Below are positions 50,007 through 60,682 of a DNA stretch of 64,000 nt, in pieces. Below the pieces are notes generated by a model, which ran no database searches, was not told where the DNA came from, and worked only from the letters and a program-made list of their open reading frames with translations. The DNA is from an uncultured SAR86 cluster bacterium. Lineage in GTDB: Bacteria; Pseudomonadota; Gammaproteobacteria; Magnimaribacterales; D2472. The stretch covers positions 165 to 64,164 of the forward strand of contig CABWZP010000004.1 of the NCBI GenBank assembly GCA_902509965.1, read 5' to 3'. Made by a program: the position numbers and the translations under genes. The first letter of the stretch is position 1. Each line of letters opens with the position of its first letter.

Positions 50007-51274
50007 TGCAAGTATTAGTAATAGGTTCAGGCGGCAGAGAGCATGCTTTAGCATGGAAATCAGCACAAGATAACTCAGTTACCAAAGTATTTGTATGTCC
50101 AGGAAATGCTGGCACAGCCTTAGAACAAAAATTAAGCAATATTTCAATTGATGCAAATGATTTTCAAGCCATAGAGGGTTTTTGTATAAAAGAAAATATT
50201 GGTCTGGTAATTATTGGTCCTGAACAGCCTTTAGTGAATGGCTTAGCTGACTATTTACAAAGTAAGGGTATAAAAACTTTTGGTCCCTCTCAAGCTGCCG
50301 CTCAATTAGAAGGCTCAAAAACCTTCTCTAAAGACTTCTTTATTAAATATGGAATCCCAACAGCTGCCTATGCTTCTTTTGACAATTATAATGCTGCCAA
50401 AGATTATATAAATGATATTGATTATCCTACAGTTATAAAAGCTGATGGTCTTGCTGCTGGTAAAGGTGTCATTATTTGCAATAACAAGGAAGATGCAGTT
50501 GAAGCGTTAGAAAGTATTTTTAAAGATCAGGCTTTTGGTGAAGCTGGAAGTAGAGTAGTAATTGAAGATTTCCTTGAGGGTGAGGAAGCAAGTTTTATAG
50601 CAGTAGTAAGCAAAGATAAAATAGTTTCACTTGCAACAAGCCAAGATCATAAAGCTGTTGGTGATGGCGATGTTGGTTTAAATACCGGAGGTATGGGTGC
50701 TTACTCGCCTGCTCCTATTGTTGATGAGCGCATGCATCAAAAAATTCTTAATGAAGTTATGAAGCCAACTATGGATGGTTTAATAGCTGAAGGCTCTCCC
50801 TATCTAGGTTTTCTTTATGCAGGAATAATGATCAGCAAAGGTGAATTAAAAGTTCTTGAATTCAACTGTCGTTTTGGAGATCCTGAAACACAACCTATCT
50901 TGCTTAGATTGAAATCTAGTCTCGTTCAATTGTGCCTTGCAGCTATTGATGATCAATTAGATTCATATGAAATAGTTTGGACTGATAAACACGCCTGCGG
51001 AGTTGTAATAGCCAGTGCAGGCTATCCAGAAAGTTATGCCTCTGATCATGAGGTTGCTATTAAACCTTCAGATGATTTAGACATGAAATTATTTCACGCT
51101 GGAACTAGACTTGATGGAGATACAGTAAGGACTGCTGGGGGAAGAGTTTTTTGCGCTACAGCTTTAGGTGATGATTTGAAGTCAGCGCAAGCAAAAGCTT
51201 ATAATTTAGTGAATACAGTTTCTTTTGAAGGAGCTTTTTGCAGAAAAGACATAGGTTATAAAGGTATTAAATGA
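50006..51274 (+). CDS. purD: phosphoribosylamine-glycine ligase
   Basis: MQVLVIGSGGREHALAWK and an ATP-grasp core. Confidence 0.95.
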   Translation: MQVLVIGSGGREHALAWKSAQDNSVTKVFVCPGNAGTALEQKLSNISIDANDFQAIEGFCIKENIGLVIIGPEQPLVNGLADYLQSKGIKTFGPSQAAAQLEGSKTFSKDFFIKYGIPTAAYASFDNYNAAKDYINDIDYPTVIKADGLAAGKGVIICNNKEDAVEALESIFKDQAFGEAGSRVVIEDFLEGEEASFIAVVSKDKIVSLATSQDHKAVGDGDVGLNTGGMGAYSPAPIVDERMHQKILNEVMKPTMDGLIAEGSPYLGFLYAGIMISKGELKVLEFNCRFGDPETQPILLRLKSSLVQLCLAAIDDQLDSYEIVWTDKHACGVVIASAGYPESYASDHEVAIKPSDDLDMKLFHAGTRLDGDTVRTAGGRVFCATALGDDLKSAQAKAYNLVNTVSFEGAFCRKDIGYKGIK

Positions 51275-51906
51275 GTATTGTTGATAACATTGTTAACGAA
51301 TTTGATATAGCACTTAAAACGCTATCAAATAAGAAATATGGAACGGATAGACCCTATCCGCCAGAGCCTGCTGAAAAAAATTCAGAGGAGCTTACTCAGC
51401 AAGAAAAAAAATTATCTATCCAAATGATGCGAGTAAATTTGGCAGGTGAAGTTGCAGCTCAGGCTCTATATAGAGGTCAGGCATTAGTATGTAAAGATCC
51501 TGAAGTAAAAAAACATCTTATTGAGGCTGGAGAAGAGGAAACAGATCATCTTGTTTGGTGTAAAAAGCGCTTAGATGAGTTAGATGGAAAAGGCTCAATC
51601 CTAAATCCAATTTGGTATGTAGGCTCTTTTGCTATAGGAGCAGTTTTTGGTAATTTTGGTGAAAAAGTCAGTTTGGGTTTTGTAGAAGAAACAGAAAAGC
51701 AGGTAGTTGCACATATAGATAAGCACTTAGATAAAATATCACCTAAAGATAAAGAGACAATTGAAATATTGAAAACAATGCGTGAAGACGAAGACCTTCA
51801 TGCTCAACAAGCTGTTGATAATGGTGGAAAAGAACTTAAAATTCCAGCAAAAAAAATAATGTCTGCTACTGCAAAAGTAATGACAACAACAAGCACTTAT
51901 ATTTAA
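51271..51906 (+). CDS. coq7: demethoxyubiquinone hydroxylase (di-iron)
   Basis: Ferritin-like E..H motifs (GEEETDHL, REDEDLHA) and the NLAGEVAAQALY motif. Confidence 0.85.
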   Translation: MSIVDNIVNEFDIALKTLSNKKYGTDRPYPPEPAEKNSEELTQQEKKLSIQMMRVNLAGEVAAQALYRGQALVCKDPEVKKHLIEAGEEETDHLVWCKKRLDELDGKGSILNPIWYVGSFAIGAVFGNFGEKVSLGFVEETEKQVVAHIDKHLDKISPKDKETIEILKTMREDEDLHAQQAVDNGGKELKIPAKKIMSATAKVMTTTSTYI

Positions 51907-52649
51907 AAGCTTCCCCTCATAAGACTCTCACCAATTAAAAAAACATTAATACCTCTTTCTTTTAAATAGTTCATATCATCTTTATTTTTAATGCCAGATT
52001 CAGCAATAAAAATATTATTAGCTGAGAATGAATTTTTTAAATTCACTGAGTTATTAATATCAACTTCAAATGTTTTGAGGTTTCTATTATTAACTCCTAT
52101 TAATGCATTATTAAAATGCTCAACCCTTTGAAGCTCTTCTGCATCATGAACTTCAATCAAGTAATCTAATTCAAGAACTTCAGCTAAAGCTACAAAATCG
52201 GTTATTTCTATATCTGACAGAATGCTCGCAATTAATAAAATACAGTCAGCTCCTATTAATTTAGCTTCATAGATTTGATATTCATCAACCATAAAATCTT
52301 TTCTTAAAATAGGTAGTGATGTTATTGCTTTGACATCTTTTAAGTATTGATTACTACCTAAAAAGAAGTCTTCTTCTGTAAGAATAGATAAGGCTGCAGC
52401 ACCAAAAGCTTCATATTCTTGAGCTTTTTGGATTGGATCAAAGTTCTCGCTAATAATCCCTGCACTTGGTGAAGCTTTCTTTATTTCTGCAATAACAGCC
52501 TCTGCTTTTCCAGCAAGGCTTGCCTTAAATTTACCCTTTGGAAGATCTAGTCTGCTCAGCTGCAATTTAATTTCATCTAAAGATACTGCTGACTTTTTCT
52601 TAACTAATTTAGCTTTAGTATTTTTTACAATGTCATTTAAAATTGTCAT
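51903..52649 (-). CDS. trpC: indole-3-glycerol phosphate synthase (monofunctional)
   Basis: EIKKASPSAG and LRKDF motifs. Confidence 0.9.
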   Translation of the reverse strand: MTILNDIVKNTKAKLVKKKSAVSLDEIKLQLSRLDLPKGKFKASLAGKAEAVIAEIKKASPSAGIISENFDPIQKAQEYEAFGAAALSILTEEDFFLGSNQYLKDVKAITSLPILRKDFMVDEYQIYEAKLIGADCILLIASILSDIEITDFVALAEVLELDYLIEVHDAEELQRVEHFNNALIGVNNRNLKTFEVDINNSVNLKNSFSANNIFIAESGIKNKDDMNYLKERGINVFLIGESLMRGSF

Positions 52650-53659
52650 TAGCTATTTGATACTCTTACATAGGCTGCTAGCTTGTCAGCTGCTTTGCCG
52701 CTATTCATTAAATCAAAAGCTAGCTCTACTCCATCTTCAATAGACTCAGTTTTTTTTGCAACATAAAGACCAGCCCCAGCATTTAGAGCAATCATGTCTT
52801 GAATTGCTGATTTTTCTCCGGCAAAAGCCTCTCTTACTAAAAGCAGACTTTCTTCAGGAGTTTGAGCAGATATCTCACTAAAGTCTGCAGTAGAAAGGCC
52901 AAAATCTTTTGGTGATATTTTGTACTGATTAATTTTGTAGTTCTTAAGTTCAGAAATTGTGGTTGAGCCTGTAATAGTTATTTCATCTAGGCCATCATCT
53001 CCATGGACAATTAAAACATGCTCCATATGTAAATTTTTTGATACCTCTGAAAAAGTCTCAAGTAATTTTTTATCATAAACGCCTAGAACCTGTCTTTTAG
53101 CTCCACAAGGATTGGTATGAGGGCCTAATAAGTTAAAAATAGTTTTTTGGCCTATACGTTGTCGTGCTGGCATGACATATTTCATAGATTGATGATGTAA
53201 AGGAGCAAATAAGAATACAAATCCAACCTTTGCAAAAACTTTTTCAAGTTTTTCTCTATCATGACCAATATCAGCACCTGCAGCTGTTAAAAAATCTGCA
53301 CTGCCAGACTTGCTAGAAATAGCCTTATTGCCATGTTTAGTAATTTGAGCACCTCCAGCTGCAGCAACAAAGGATGATGCAGTAGAACAATTAAATGTAT
53401 GAAGCCCTGTGCCGCCAGTCCCACAAGTATCAATATGACTTCCATCTCCCAAATTAAATCTTAAAGATTTTTCTTTCATAACTTGAGCAGCAGCTGTTAT
53501 TTCTAACTCTTTAATGCCCTTTTCATTTAAAGCTAAAAGAAATTTCTCAATATCGCTATCATCAACCATACCGGTCATTATGCTTTCCACTGCAAACTGC
53601 ATCTCTTCAGACTTTAAGTCCTTCTTGGTTTCTAATTTTTTTAGAATAGTTTCAATCAT
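52649..53659 (-). CDS. trpD: anthranilate phosphoribosyltransferase
   Basis: DTCGTGG and KHGN motifs. Confidence 0.9.
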   Translation of the reverse strand: MIETILKKLETKKDLKSEEMQFAVESIMTGMVDDSDIEKFLLALNEKGIKELEITAAAQVMKEKSLRFNLGDGSHIDTCGTGGTGLHTFNCSTASSFVAAAGGAQITKHGNKAISSKSGSADFLTAAGADIGHDREKLEKVFAKVGFVFLFAPLHHQSMKYVMPARQRIGQKTIFNLLGPHTNPCGAKRQVLGVYDKKLLETFSEVSKNLHMEHVLIVHGDDGLDEITITGSTTISELKNYKINQYKISPKDFGLSTADFSEISAQTPEESLLLVREAFAGEKSAIQDMIALNAGAGLYVAKKTESIEDGVELAFDLMNSGKAADKLAAYVRVSNS

Positions 53660-54219
53660 AATGTTAAGAAATTTTGAATGAGTTTTTTACCAAAATCTGT
53701 TTCTATGGATTCAGGATGAAATTGTACTCCGTAAATTGGTCTTTGTTTGTGCTGAACTGCCATGATGATGTCAGGATTATCTTTGAGTACCGAGGTTATT
53801 TCTAACTCATCTGGTAATGAGCTTTTTTCGATGATTAGGCTGTGATATCTAACCACTGAATAAGGATTATCAATATCTTTAAATAGATCTTTATTGCTAT
53901 GAGTAATTTCTGAGAGTTTCCCATGAAATATTTCTGGAGCTTTTATAATCTTGCCACCAAATGCTGCTCCTATAGATTGGTGTCCTAGACAAACTCCTAG
54001 TATGGGAACCGATGAAGCTTTTATTAAGTCAATTGAGATGCCGGCTTCATATGGAGTACAAGGTCCTGGAGAAATTACGATTTTATTTGGATTAAGCAAA
54101 GCTATATCTTGGAGAGTTATTTCATCATTTCTTTTTACGATAACCTCTTCTCCGAGTTCTCCAATATAGTGGACTAGGTTATAAGTAAAAGAATCATAAT
54201 TATCTATAACTAAAATCAT
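53656..54219 (-). CDS. trpG: anthranilate synthase component II (glutamine amidotransferase)
   Basis: The GVCLGHQ nucleophile and the FHPES motif. Confidence 0.9.
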   Translation of the reverse strand: MILVIDNYDSFTYNLVHYIGELGEEVIVKRNDEITLQDIALLNPNKIVISPGPCTPYEAGISIDLIKASSVPILGVCLGHQSIGAAFGGKIIKAPEIFHGKLSEITHSNKDLFKDIDNPYSVVRYHSLIIEKSSLPDELEITSVLKDNPDIIMAVQHKQRPIYGVQFHPESIETDFGKKLIQNFLTL

Positions 54220-55682
54220 AAAATCATCTCCATAGCATCAACAAATGCCTTGGATTTTTGTTTACATTCTAACCACTCATTTTCTGGTACTGAATCAGCA
54301 ACTATTCCAGCTCCAGCTCCAACATGAATAATATTATCTTTAATAACAGCAGTTCTTATTGCTATAGCTGTATCTATATTGCCATTCCAAGAAATATATC
54401 CTATAGCTCCGCCATAAATTCCTCTGGAGCTTGGTTCGAGTTCATGAATAATTTCCATTGCTCTTATTTTTGGAGCCCCAGATAAGGTGCCAGCAGGCAG
54501 TGATGCTTTGAGAGCATCAATATAATTTAAATTGCTATTGATACTGCCAACAACATTTGAAACGATATGCATTACGTGTGAGTATTTTTCAATAATCATT
54601 TTATCGGTGACTTTTACTGATCCAATTTTTGAAACTTTACCAACATCATTTCTTCCTAAGTCAATTAGCATTAAGTGTTCGGCTATTTCTTTTGGATCAT
54701 TTAATAAATCTTTTTCATTCAAATTATCCTCTTCAGATGAGCTGCCTCTTTTTCTGGTTCCAGCAAGTGGCCTTAAAGTTAATTCCTCATCTTCTAATCG
54801 AATAAGAATTTCAGGAGATGAGCCTACCACTTGATAGTCTTCAAAATCTAAGAAATACATATAGGGAGATGGATTAAGTTTGCGGATTGCTCTATATAAA
54901 ACGAATGGATCGCCATGGAAATCTGAGCAAAAATCTTGGGCAAGAACTACCTGCATAACATCACCTTCTTTGATATAACTCTTAATTACATCAACGGCAT
55001 CAAGATATTCTGGCTTAGTAAAGTTTGATTTAAATTCAAGCCTTCCGGAAGGCTCCTTAAAATTATCATTAGGAATTTCAATCGAATGATTTATTAAGCT
55101 CTCAATTTTATCTAATTCATTTTGAGACTCCTCATAAGAGAGTTTTTGAGGACTTGCATTAAATATGATCTTAATTGAATTAGCAAAGTTGTCATAAACA
55201 ATTAATTTTTCTGCCTTGATTAGAAATATTTCTGGCATATGATCTTTAAATTTCGAATTCTTCGCAGTTAAATCAGCAATTCTAGCTTCAGCATATTGAG
55301 CGCTCTCATAAGCAAAAAATCCAACATAACCTCCATAAAATCTTGGCATTCCATCTAATTCAGGTGCAGAATCTTGGGAGGTAATCTCCTGAATACTGCT
55401 GAGGGGGTCCTCAGAATAAAAAGAATCTATAACACCATTAATATTGGTTTCAACTTGATTGCCTGAAATTTTTATAAAATCTTTGCAACCAAATCCAATA
55501 ATTGAATATTGAGCCCACTTATCCCCTCCTTCTACAGATTCCAATAAAAAGGTATTTTGCTGTGCTGAGACTTTTAAATATAAAGAGATGGGTGAATCTT
55601 CAACATTATCAATTTCTCGTGTTAAAGGAACTATTGAATAGGCTGAATTAGCATAATTTATATACTCTTCTTTTGTAGTCAT
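54216..55682 (-). CDS. trpE: anthranilate synthase component I
   Basis: Chorismate-binding C-terminus (GTLSGAPK, GGAIGY, GAGIV). Confidence 0.9.
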   Translation of the reverse strand: MTTKEEYINYANSAYSIVPLTREIDNVEDSPISLYLKVSAQQNTFLLESVEGGDKWAQYSIIGFGCKDFIKISGNQVETNINGVIDSFYSEDPLSSIQEITSQDSAPELDGMPRFYGGYVGFFAYESAQYAEARIADLTAKNSKFKDHMPEIFLIKAEKLIVYDNFANSIKIIFNASPQKLSYEESQNELDKIESLINHSIEIPNDNFKEPSGRLEFKSNFTKPEYLDAVDVIKSYIKEGDVMQVVLAQDFCSDFHGDPFVLYRAIRKLNPSPYMYFLDFEDYQVVGSSPEILIRLEDEELTLRPLAGTRKRGSSSEEDNLNEKDLLNDPKEIAEHLMLIDLGRNDVGKVSKIGSVKVTDKMIIEKYSHVMHIVSNVVGSINSNLNYIDALKASLPAGTLSGAPKIRAMEIIHELEPSSRGIYGGAIGYISWNGNIDTAIAIRTAVIKDNIIHVGAGAGIVADSVPENEWLECKQKSKAFVDAMEMIL

Positions 55683-55683
55683 G

Positions 55684-56118
55684 TTAAAAATCTATTATGT
55701 GCCCAATGGAAATATTATGCTCTTTAAACCAGCCTTTATTAACCTCTAAAGCAAAAGCAGCTTTATTTTTAGAGCATGTGCTAGCTTCAGACATGGGAAC
55801 CATATCATAAATTTCTAAAATTTCTTTTTCTTTGGACATAAAAGCAATACTAAGAGGAACTTTAGTATTTTTCATCCACATACATCTTAGCGTGTAATCT
55901 TCCCATACAAAAAGCATGCCTGTATTTGGTTGAAGTGATGATCTAAACATTAACCCTCTTCTCCTAGAAGAAAAATTATCTGCTACTTCAATATTAGGTA
56001 ATATTGATTTTAAGTTTATAACTTTGGGTTCTGTAAAAGCAGTAGCAGGAAAGAAGAGACTGCTAATAAGAAAAAATTTAAGAGATTTGTGCGCGGAGAT
56101 TTGAGATGGTTTCTTCAT
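55684..56118 (-). CDS. DUF192 (COG1430) secreted protein
   Basis: RRRGLMFR and ALEVNKGWF motifs. I place the start at the ATG at 56118 (MKKPSQ..., signal-like), which overlaps the rpe 3' end by 41 nt. Confidence 0.55.
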   Translation of the reverse strand: MKKPSQISAHKSLKFFLISSLFFPATAFTEPKVINLKSILPNIEVADNFSSRRRGLMFRSSLQPNTGMLFVWEDYTLRCMWMKNTKVPLSIAFMSKEKEILEIYDMVPMSEASTCSKNKAAFALEVNKGWFKEHNISIGHIIDF

Positions 56119-56746
56119 AATTATCAGTGCCAAAAATTGCAGAACCAGCAACAAATGTATCGGCACCAGCTTTAGCGACTTCAGCAATAGTGCTTAAGTT
56201 AACACCCCCATCAACCTCCAATCTGATATCTTTTCCAGTTGCATCAATCATTTTACGAACTTTAGCAATTTTATTAAGAGTGCCTTCGATAAAGCTTTGA
56301 CCTCCAAATCCTGGATTTACACTCATGAGCAAAACAAGATCTAGATCCTCAATCACGTCATCAAGTACGCTCAAGGAGGTGCCTGGGTTTATGGCCAATC
56401 CTGCTTTACAACCTTTATCTTTTATGGCGCCAATAGATCTATGGACATGTTTTGTGGCCTCAGGATGGAAGCTAATCAAATCTGCTCCTGCATTGATAAA
56501 ATCTGCAGCCAAATCATCAACAGGCTCTATCATAAGATGGACATCGATAAAATTCTTGATTCCATAATCTCTTAAAGACTTGCAGACCATGGGCCCTATA
56601 GTCAGATTTGGTACATAGTGATTATCCATGACATCAAAATGAACCCAGTCGGCTCCAGATGACATGACATCCTCTACTTCAGCTCCAAGCGTTGCAAAAT
56701 TTGCTGAAAGTATCGAAGGTGCAATTATGTATTTATTATCACTCAT
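56078..56746 (-). CDS. rpe: ribulose-phosphate 3-epimerase
   Basis: [22 protein letters not shown] and VNPGFGGQ motifs. Confidence 0.92.
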   Translation of the reverse strand: MSDNKYIIAPSILSANFATLGAEVEDVMSSGADWVHFDVMDNHYVPNLTIGPMVCKSLRDYGIKNFIDVHLMIEPVDDLAADFINAGADLISFHPEATKHVHRSIGAIKDKGCKAGLAINPGTSLSVLDDVIEDLDLVLLMSVNPGFGGQSFIEGTLNKIAKVRKMIDATGKDIRLEVDGGVNLSTIAEVAKAGADTFVAGSAIFGTDNYEETISNLRAQIS

Positions 56747-56749
56747 GGG

Positions 56750-57421
56750 CTAATTCTCTTCTTTATGAGCACTAATGGCAAGAGAAAGACGCTCAGGAGA
56801 CCCGACATCTATCCATAATTCCCTTGCTTCATGGCCTGTGATCTTATTTTGGTTAATAAGATCTTTCAGCACATAATTCCATATATCAAAAGGTGGTTTT
56901 GGCAATTGCGTTGTTTTAAAAATAATTGGATTGATGACTGATATCCCTGCAAATGTGAGCTCATTTTGAGATTCAGAAATAATAACTTGATTATTTTTTA
57001 TAGAAAAATCTCCAAAGTTATTATGTTCTGGATTTGAAACGCCGACTAAATGAGCAGCACTAACCTCAGTTGGCAATGTATCTATTGGTATCTCATGATA
57101 GGTGTCTGCATTAATCAAGAGAAATGGCGCATCACCAAGATGCTCAAGAGCATTTAAAATACCACCGCCTGTTCCTAGAATGCATTGTTCTTTTATAACT
57201 GTAATATCATGATTTGAATAATTTTTAGCTAAATGTTTTTCGATCATATCTCCTAGATAGGAAACATTTATAACGATTTCATTAATACCTGCATCTAAAA
57301 TCTTATTAATATTTCTATCAAGCAAAGTCTCTGATCCTACTTCAATAAGAGGTTTTGGCATATCTTTAGTAAATGGTAGAAGTCTTTTACCTATTCCAGC
57401 AGCAAGAACCATTGCTTTCAT
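56750..57421 (-). CDS. murU: nucleotidyltransferase (MurNAc-1-P uridylyltransferase MurU-like)
   Basis: MVLAAGIGKRLLPFT sugar-nucleotidyltransferase motif. Paired with an amgK-like kinase next to lptD, as in Pseudomonas. Confidence 0.65.
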   Translation of the reverse strand: MKAMVLAAGIGKRLLPFTKDMPKPLIEVGSETLLDRNINKILDAGINEIVINVSYLGDMIEKHLAKNYSNHDITVIKEQCILGTGGGILNALEHLGDAPFLLINADTYHEIPIDTLPTEVSAAHLVGVSNPEHNNFGDFSIKNNQVIISESQNELTFAGISVINPIIFKTTQLPKPPFDIWNYVLKDLINQNKITGHEARELWIDVGSPERLSLAISAHKEEN

Positions 57422-58371
57422 AATGATGCTAATTTCTCAGTTAATCTGGGTTTAATTGTATCAAGCATATAGTTTTTACAAGACCAATTATTTGGAAGAA
57501 TGTTTATTAAATTATCTAAAATCATTGGCAAGTCATTTAATCTGAAAGATCTTTTATTATTCATATAAAGCCTTGATAAGGTTCCAAGTATTCTCATATT
57601 TCTCTGGATCCCACCCCATCTAAAACACTCAAATAATTCATCAGCATTTAAATCTACTGCAGATTTAGTTTTATAAAATGCCAAAGAATCTTTAACAAAA
57701 GACTCATCAAATATTAAATAGTGATCTAACAATATTCCGGCTAAATCAATTCCTACAGGCCCTATACAAAGATCTTGAAAATCTATAACGCTAATCACAT
57801 TAGCTTTTGAAGCAATAAGATTCCTTCTTTCAAAATCAAAATGGCAATTGAGTTTAGGGTGGTCACTAAGATTTTTTATTGTTGCAGCAGATAATTCTAA
57901 AATTGATTTATCAGCTTCGATTTCTAAAAATTCTTTGCAAAAAACTTCACTAAAAAGACTTATCTGATCTAGCAATTCATCTGCAGAAAGATTTTGAACA
58001 TCAAGATTGGGGATTTCTTGAATCTGAATGAGCAACTCAAGACTTTTGTGTGTTAATTCTGTTTTATTAGATTCATTAAGTATTTCTAAGAGATTATCAT
58101 CACCTAAATCTTCTTGAATGGTAATACCCAACTCTGGGTTATGCAGAAAAACCTTTGGTACATTTACATTATGTGAAGATAACATTTCTGCTAAGTTGCA
58201 GAATTCAAGATGATTGCCATTTGATTTATCTAAAAAACAAAGTACTAAATGATTTGAGTTATATATTAATCTCCAGTACTCCCGTCCGCTTGCTTCCAAC
58301 TTTAGAGCTATAGCTCTTTCACACTCATACCCGCATTGAGTTGCTAACTCTATAATTTCTGATTCTTTCAA
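57418..58371 (-). CDS. amgK: aminoglycoside-phosphotransferase-fold kinase (AmgK-like MurNAc/GlcNAc kinase)
   Basis: APH-fold catalytic region HFDFERRNL...IDFQD. A 4-nt overlap with the murU-like gene. Confidence 0.6.
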   Translation of the reverse strand: MKESEIIELATQCGYECERAIALKLEASGREYWRLIYNSNHLVLCFLDKSNGNHLEFCNLAEMLSSHNVNVPKVFLHNPELGITIQEDLGDDNLLEILNESNKTELTHKSLELLIQIQEIPNLDVQNLSADELLDQISLFSEVFCKEFLEIEADKSILELSAATIKNLSDHPKLNCHFDFERRNLIASKANVISVIDFQDLCIGPVGIDLAGILLDHYLIFDESFVKDSLAFYKTKSAVDLNADELFECFRWGGIQRNMRILGTLSRLYMNNKRSFRLNDLPMILDNLINILPNNWSCKNYMLDTIKPRLTEKLASL

Positions 58372-58372
58372 A

Positions 58373-59230
58373 TTAGCTGTTTTTTACCTCATCTGGCAAT
58401 GGAGTATTATCCGGAACAAAGAAATCAGGCATTAGTTCTGCAAAAGGAACATTTGCATACTTGGTAAAATCTTTAACTCCGGCTTCAAAAAGAACTATGT
58501 CATCAATGCAAAAATTACCACTAAAGGTTTTAGAGTCTTTGGTTAAAATTGTATAAGCAGCATCAGCCATAATATCAACATTTCTTGATAATCTCATAAT
58601 CTCATCTCCACCAAGATGATTTTGAACAGCTGCAGTTGCTATAGCAGTTCTTGGCCATAGTGCGTTAACTGCAACGCCTTGGTCTTTAAATTCTTCAGCC
58701 ATTCCTAGAACACACATGCTCATAGTGTATTTAGCCATGGTGTAGCCAACATGAGAACCAAACCATTTTGGATCCATGTCTAAAGGTGGTGATAAATTTA
58801 ATATATGTGGATTATCGGATTTAAGGAGATGTGGTAAACAATATTTACTAACCATGTAGGTTCCTCTTCCATTAATTTGATGCATAAGGTCATAGCGTTT
58901 CATAGCAGTATCAAGAGTATTTGTTAATTGGATTGCTGAAGCATTATTGATACATATGTCTATACCCCCAAAATGTTCAACAGCTTTATTTACTGCATCA
59001 CGAACATTATCTTCATCACGAATATCACACACCATTGGTAAGGCATCACCGCCAGCTTCAATAATCTCTTCTGCAGCAGTAAAAATGGTGCCAGGGAGTT
59101 TAGGATGTGGTTCTGCTGTTTTAGCAGCAACGACAATTTTTGCTCCATCTTGAGCAGCTCTTTTGGCCATAGCTAGTCCAATACCTCTACTACCGCCAGA
59201 AATGAAAATAACTTTATCTTTTAAACTCAT
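58373..59230 (-). CDS. SDR-family oxidoreductase (HSDL2-like)
   Basis: ISGGSRGIG cofactor motif and YTMAK catalytic motif. Confidence 0.8.
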   Translation of the reverse strand: MSLKDKVIFISGGSRGIGLAMAKRAAQDGAKIVVAAKTAEPHPKLPGTIFTAAEEIIEAGGDALPMVCDIRDEDNVRDAVNKAVEHFGGIDICINNASAIQLTNTLDTAMKRYDLMHQINGRGTYMVSKYCLPHLLKSDNPHILNLSPPLDMDPKWFGSHVGYTMAKYTMSMCVLGMAEEFKDQGVAVNALWPRTAIATAAVQNHLGGDEIMRLSRNVDIMADAAYTILTKDSKTFSGNFCIDDIVLFEAGVKDFTKYANVPFAELMPDFFVPDNTPLPDEVKNS

Positions 59231-59242
59231 AATTTTGTTCCT

Positions 59243-59983
59243 TTAAAATTTTTCTAAATAAGGTCTAAGATCTAATTCTTGTGTCCAGGCTGATCTATCT
59301 TGCGAATGAACGTTCCAATAAGTCTCAGCGATCTTTGCAGGGCTTAGGATACCGTCTTTTTCTTTAAGTGCATATCTGTCTGGAAAATTTTCTTTTATCC
59401 ATGGCGTATCAATTGCTCCATCAATAATCATGTGTGCAACGTGAATGCCCTCTGGGCCAAGTTCTCTTGCCATGCTTTGAGATAATGCTCTAAGTGCAAA
59501 TTTAGCTCCTGCAAATGCAGAAAAACCTGATCCGCCTCTAATAGAAGCTGTAGCTCCGGTGAATAGGATTGATCCATGACCTCTTGGTTTCATATATTTT
59601 GCAGCCTCTCTTCCTGTTAAAAAGCCAGCAAAAGCTGCCATTTCCCAAACCTTTTTATAAACTCGAGCGGTAGTCTCTTCTATTGAGAAATAAACATTAG
59701 CCCCAGGATTAAAGATAACAACATCAATTGGAGCTATAGTTTCTTCAACTTCTTTAAATAAGTTAATAATTGAATCTTCATCTCTGGCGTCGACACCAAA
59801 CCCCTGAGCCCAACCTCCTTCGCTTTTAATTTGATTGGTTAATGAGTCAAGCTCAGCCGAACTTCTTTCTCTTCGAACTGGACATACCTTGTATCCTTCT
59901 TTAGCAAATTTTTTTGTTAATGCGCTTCCAGTTGCAACACCTGCGCCTATTATAATTGCCGAGTAATCTGAATTATTTTTCAT
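59243..59983 (-). CDS. SDR-family oxidoreductase
   Basis: IIGAGVATGSAL Rossmann motif and an SDR core. Confidence 0.75.
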   Translation of the reverse strand: MKNNSDYSAIIIGAGVATGSALTKKFAKEGYKVCPVRRERSSAELDSLTNQIKSEGGWAQGFGVDARDEDSIINLFKEVEETIAPIDVVIFNPGANVYFSIEETTARVYKKVWEMAAFAGFLTGREAAKYMKPRGHGSILFTGATASIRGGSGFSAFAGAKFALRALSQSMARELGPEGIHVAHMIIDGAIDTPWIKENFPDRYALKEKDGILSPAKIAETYWNVHSQDRSAWTQELDLRPYLEKF

Positions 59984-60026
59984 ATGAAATTTTATCTTGT
60001 AATATTAAACTTTAACAAATTAATTA

Positions 60027-60632
60027 ATGAAAATGAAAGTAGACTTTATATTTGATTTTGCCAGTCCTAATGCTTATTTCTGCCATAAGGTAATTCCAGA
60101 AATTGAAAATAGGACCGGTATAAGCTTTAACTATGTACCTTGTTTGCTGGGAGGCATTTTTAAAATTACTAATAACCAAGCACCTATGATGGCCTTTAAT
60201 GGCATAACAAATAAACTAGAATACCAAAATATAGAGATTCAAAGATTTATACAAAAACATGATCTTAAAAACTTCACGATGAACTCATTTTTTCCAGTTA
60301 TGACTCTTCAACTCCAAAGAGGAGCTATTGCTGCAAAGTCATTAAACATTTTTGATGATTATATAGAAGCAATTTTTAAAGGAATGTGGGAAATGAGTCT
60401 AAATCTTGCAGATCAAGAAATCCTAATTGAGCTTCTTGCTACTGAAACTCAAATAGATATTCCTAATCTTATTGAAAAGATGCAAACTCAAGAAATTAAA
60501 GATCAGCTTATTCAAAATACTAGCAGTGCAGTTGAAAGAGGTGCTTTTGGAATTCCCACTTTTTTTGTAGATGATGAAATCTTTTTTGGAAAAGATAGCT
60601 TGGGTGATCTTGAGGACTTTATTACAAAATAG
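60027..60632 (+). CDS. 2-hydroxychromene-2-carboxylate isomerase / DsbA-like thioredoxin-fold protein
   Basis: DFIFDFASPNAYF N-terminus and GAFGIPTFFVDDEIFFGKD C-terminus. Confidence 0.75.
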   Translation: MKMKVDFIFDFASPNAYFCHKVIPEIENRTGISFNYVPCLLGGIFKITNNQAPMMAFNGITNKLEYQNIEIQRFIQKHDLKNFTMNSFFPVMTLQLQRGAIAAKSLNIFDDYIEAIFKGMWEMSLNLADQEILIELLATETQIDIPNLIEKMQTQEIKDQLIQNTSSAVERGAFGIPTFFVDDEIFFGKDSLGDLEDFITK

Positions 60633-60682
60633 AACTTTCCATAAGATACGCTTTCTAAGCTAACAGGTATAAAATAAATAAA

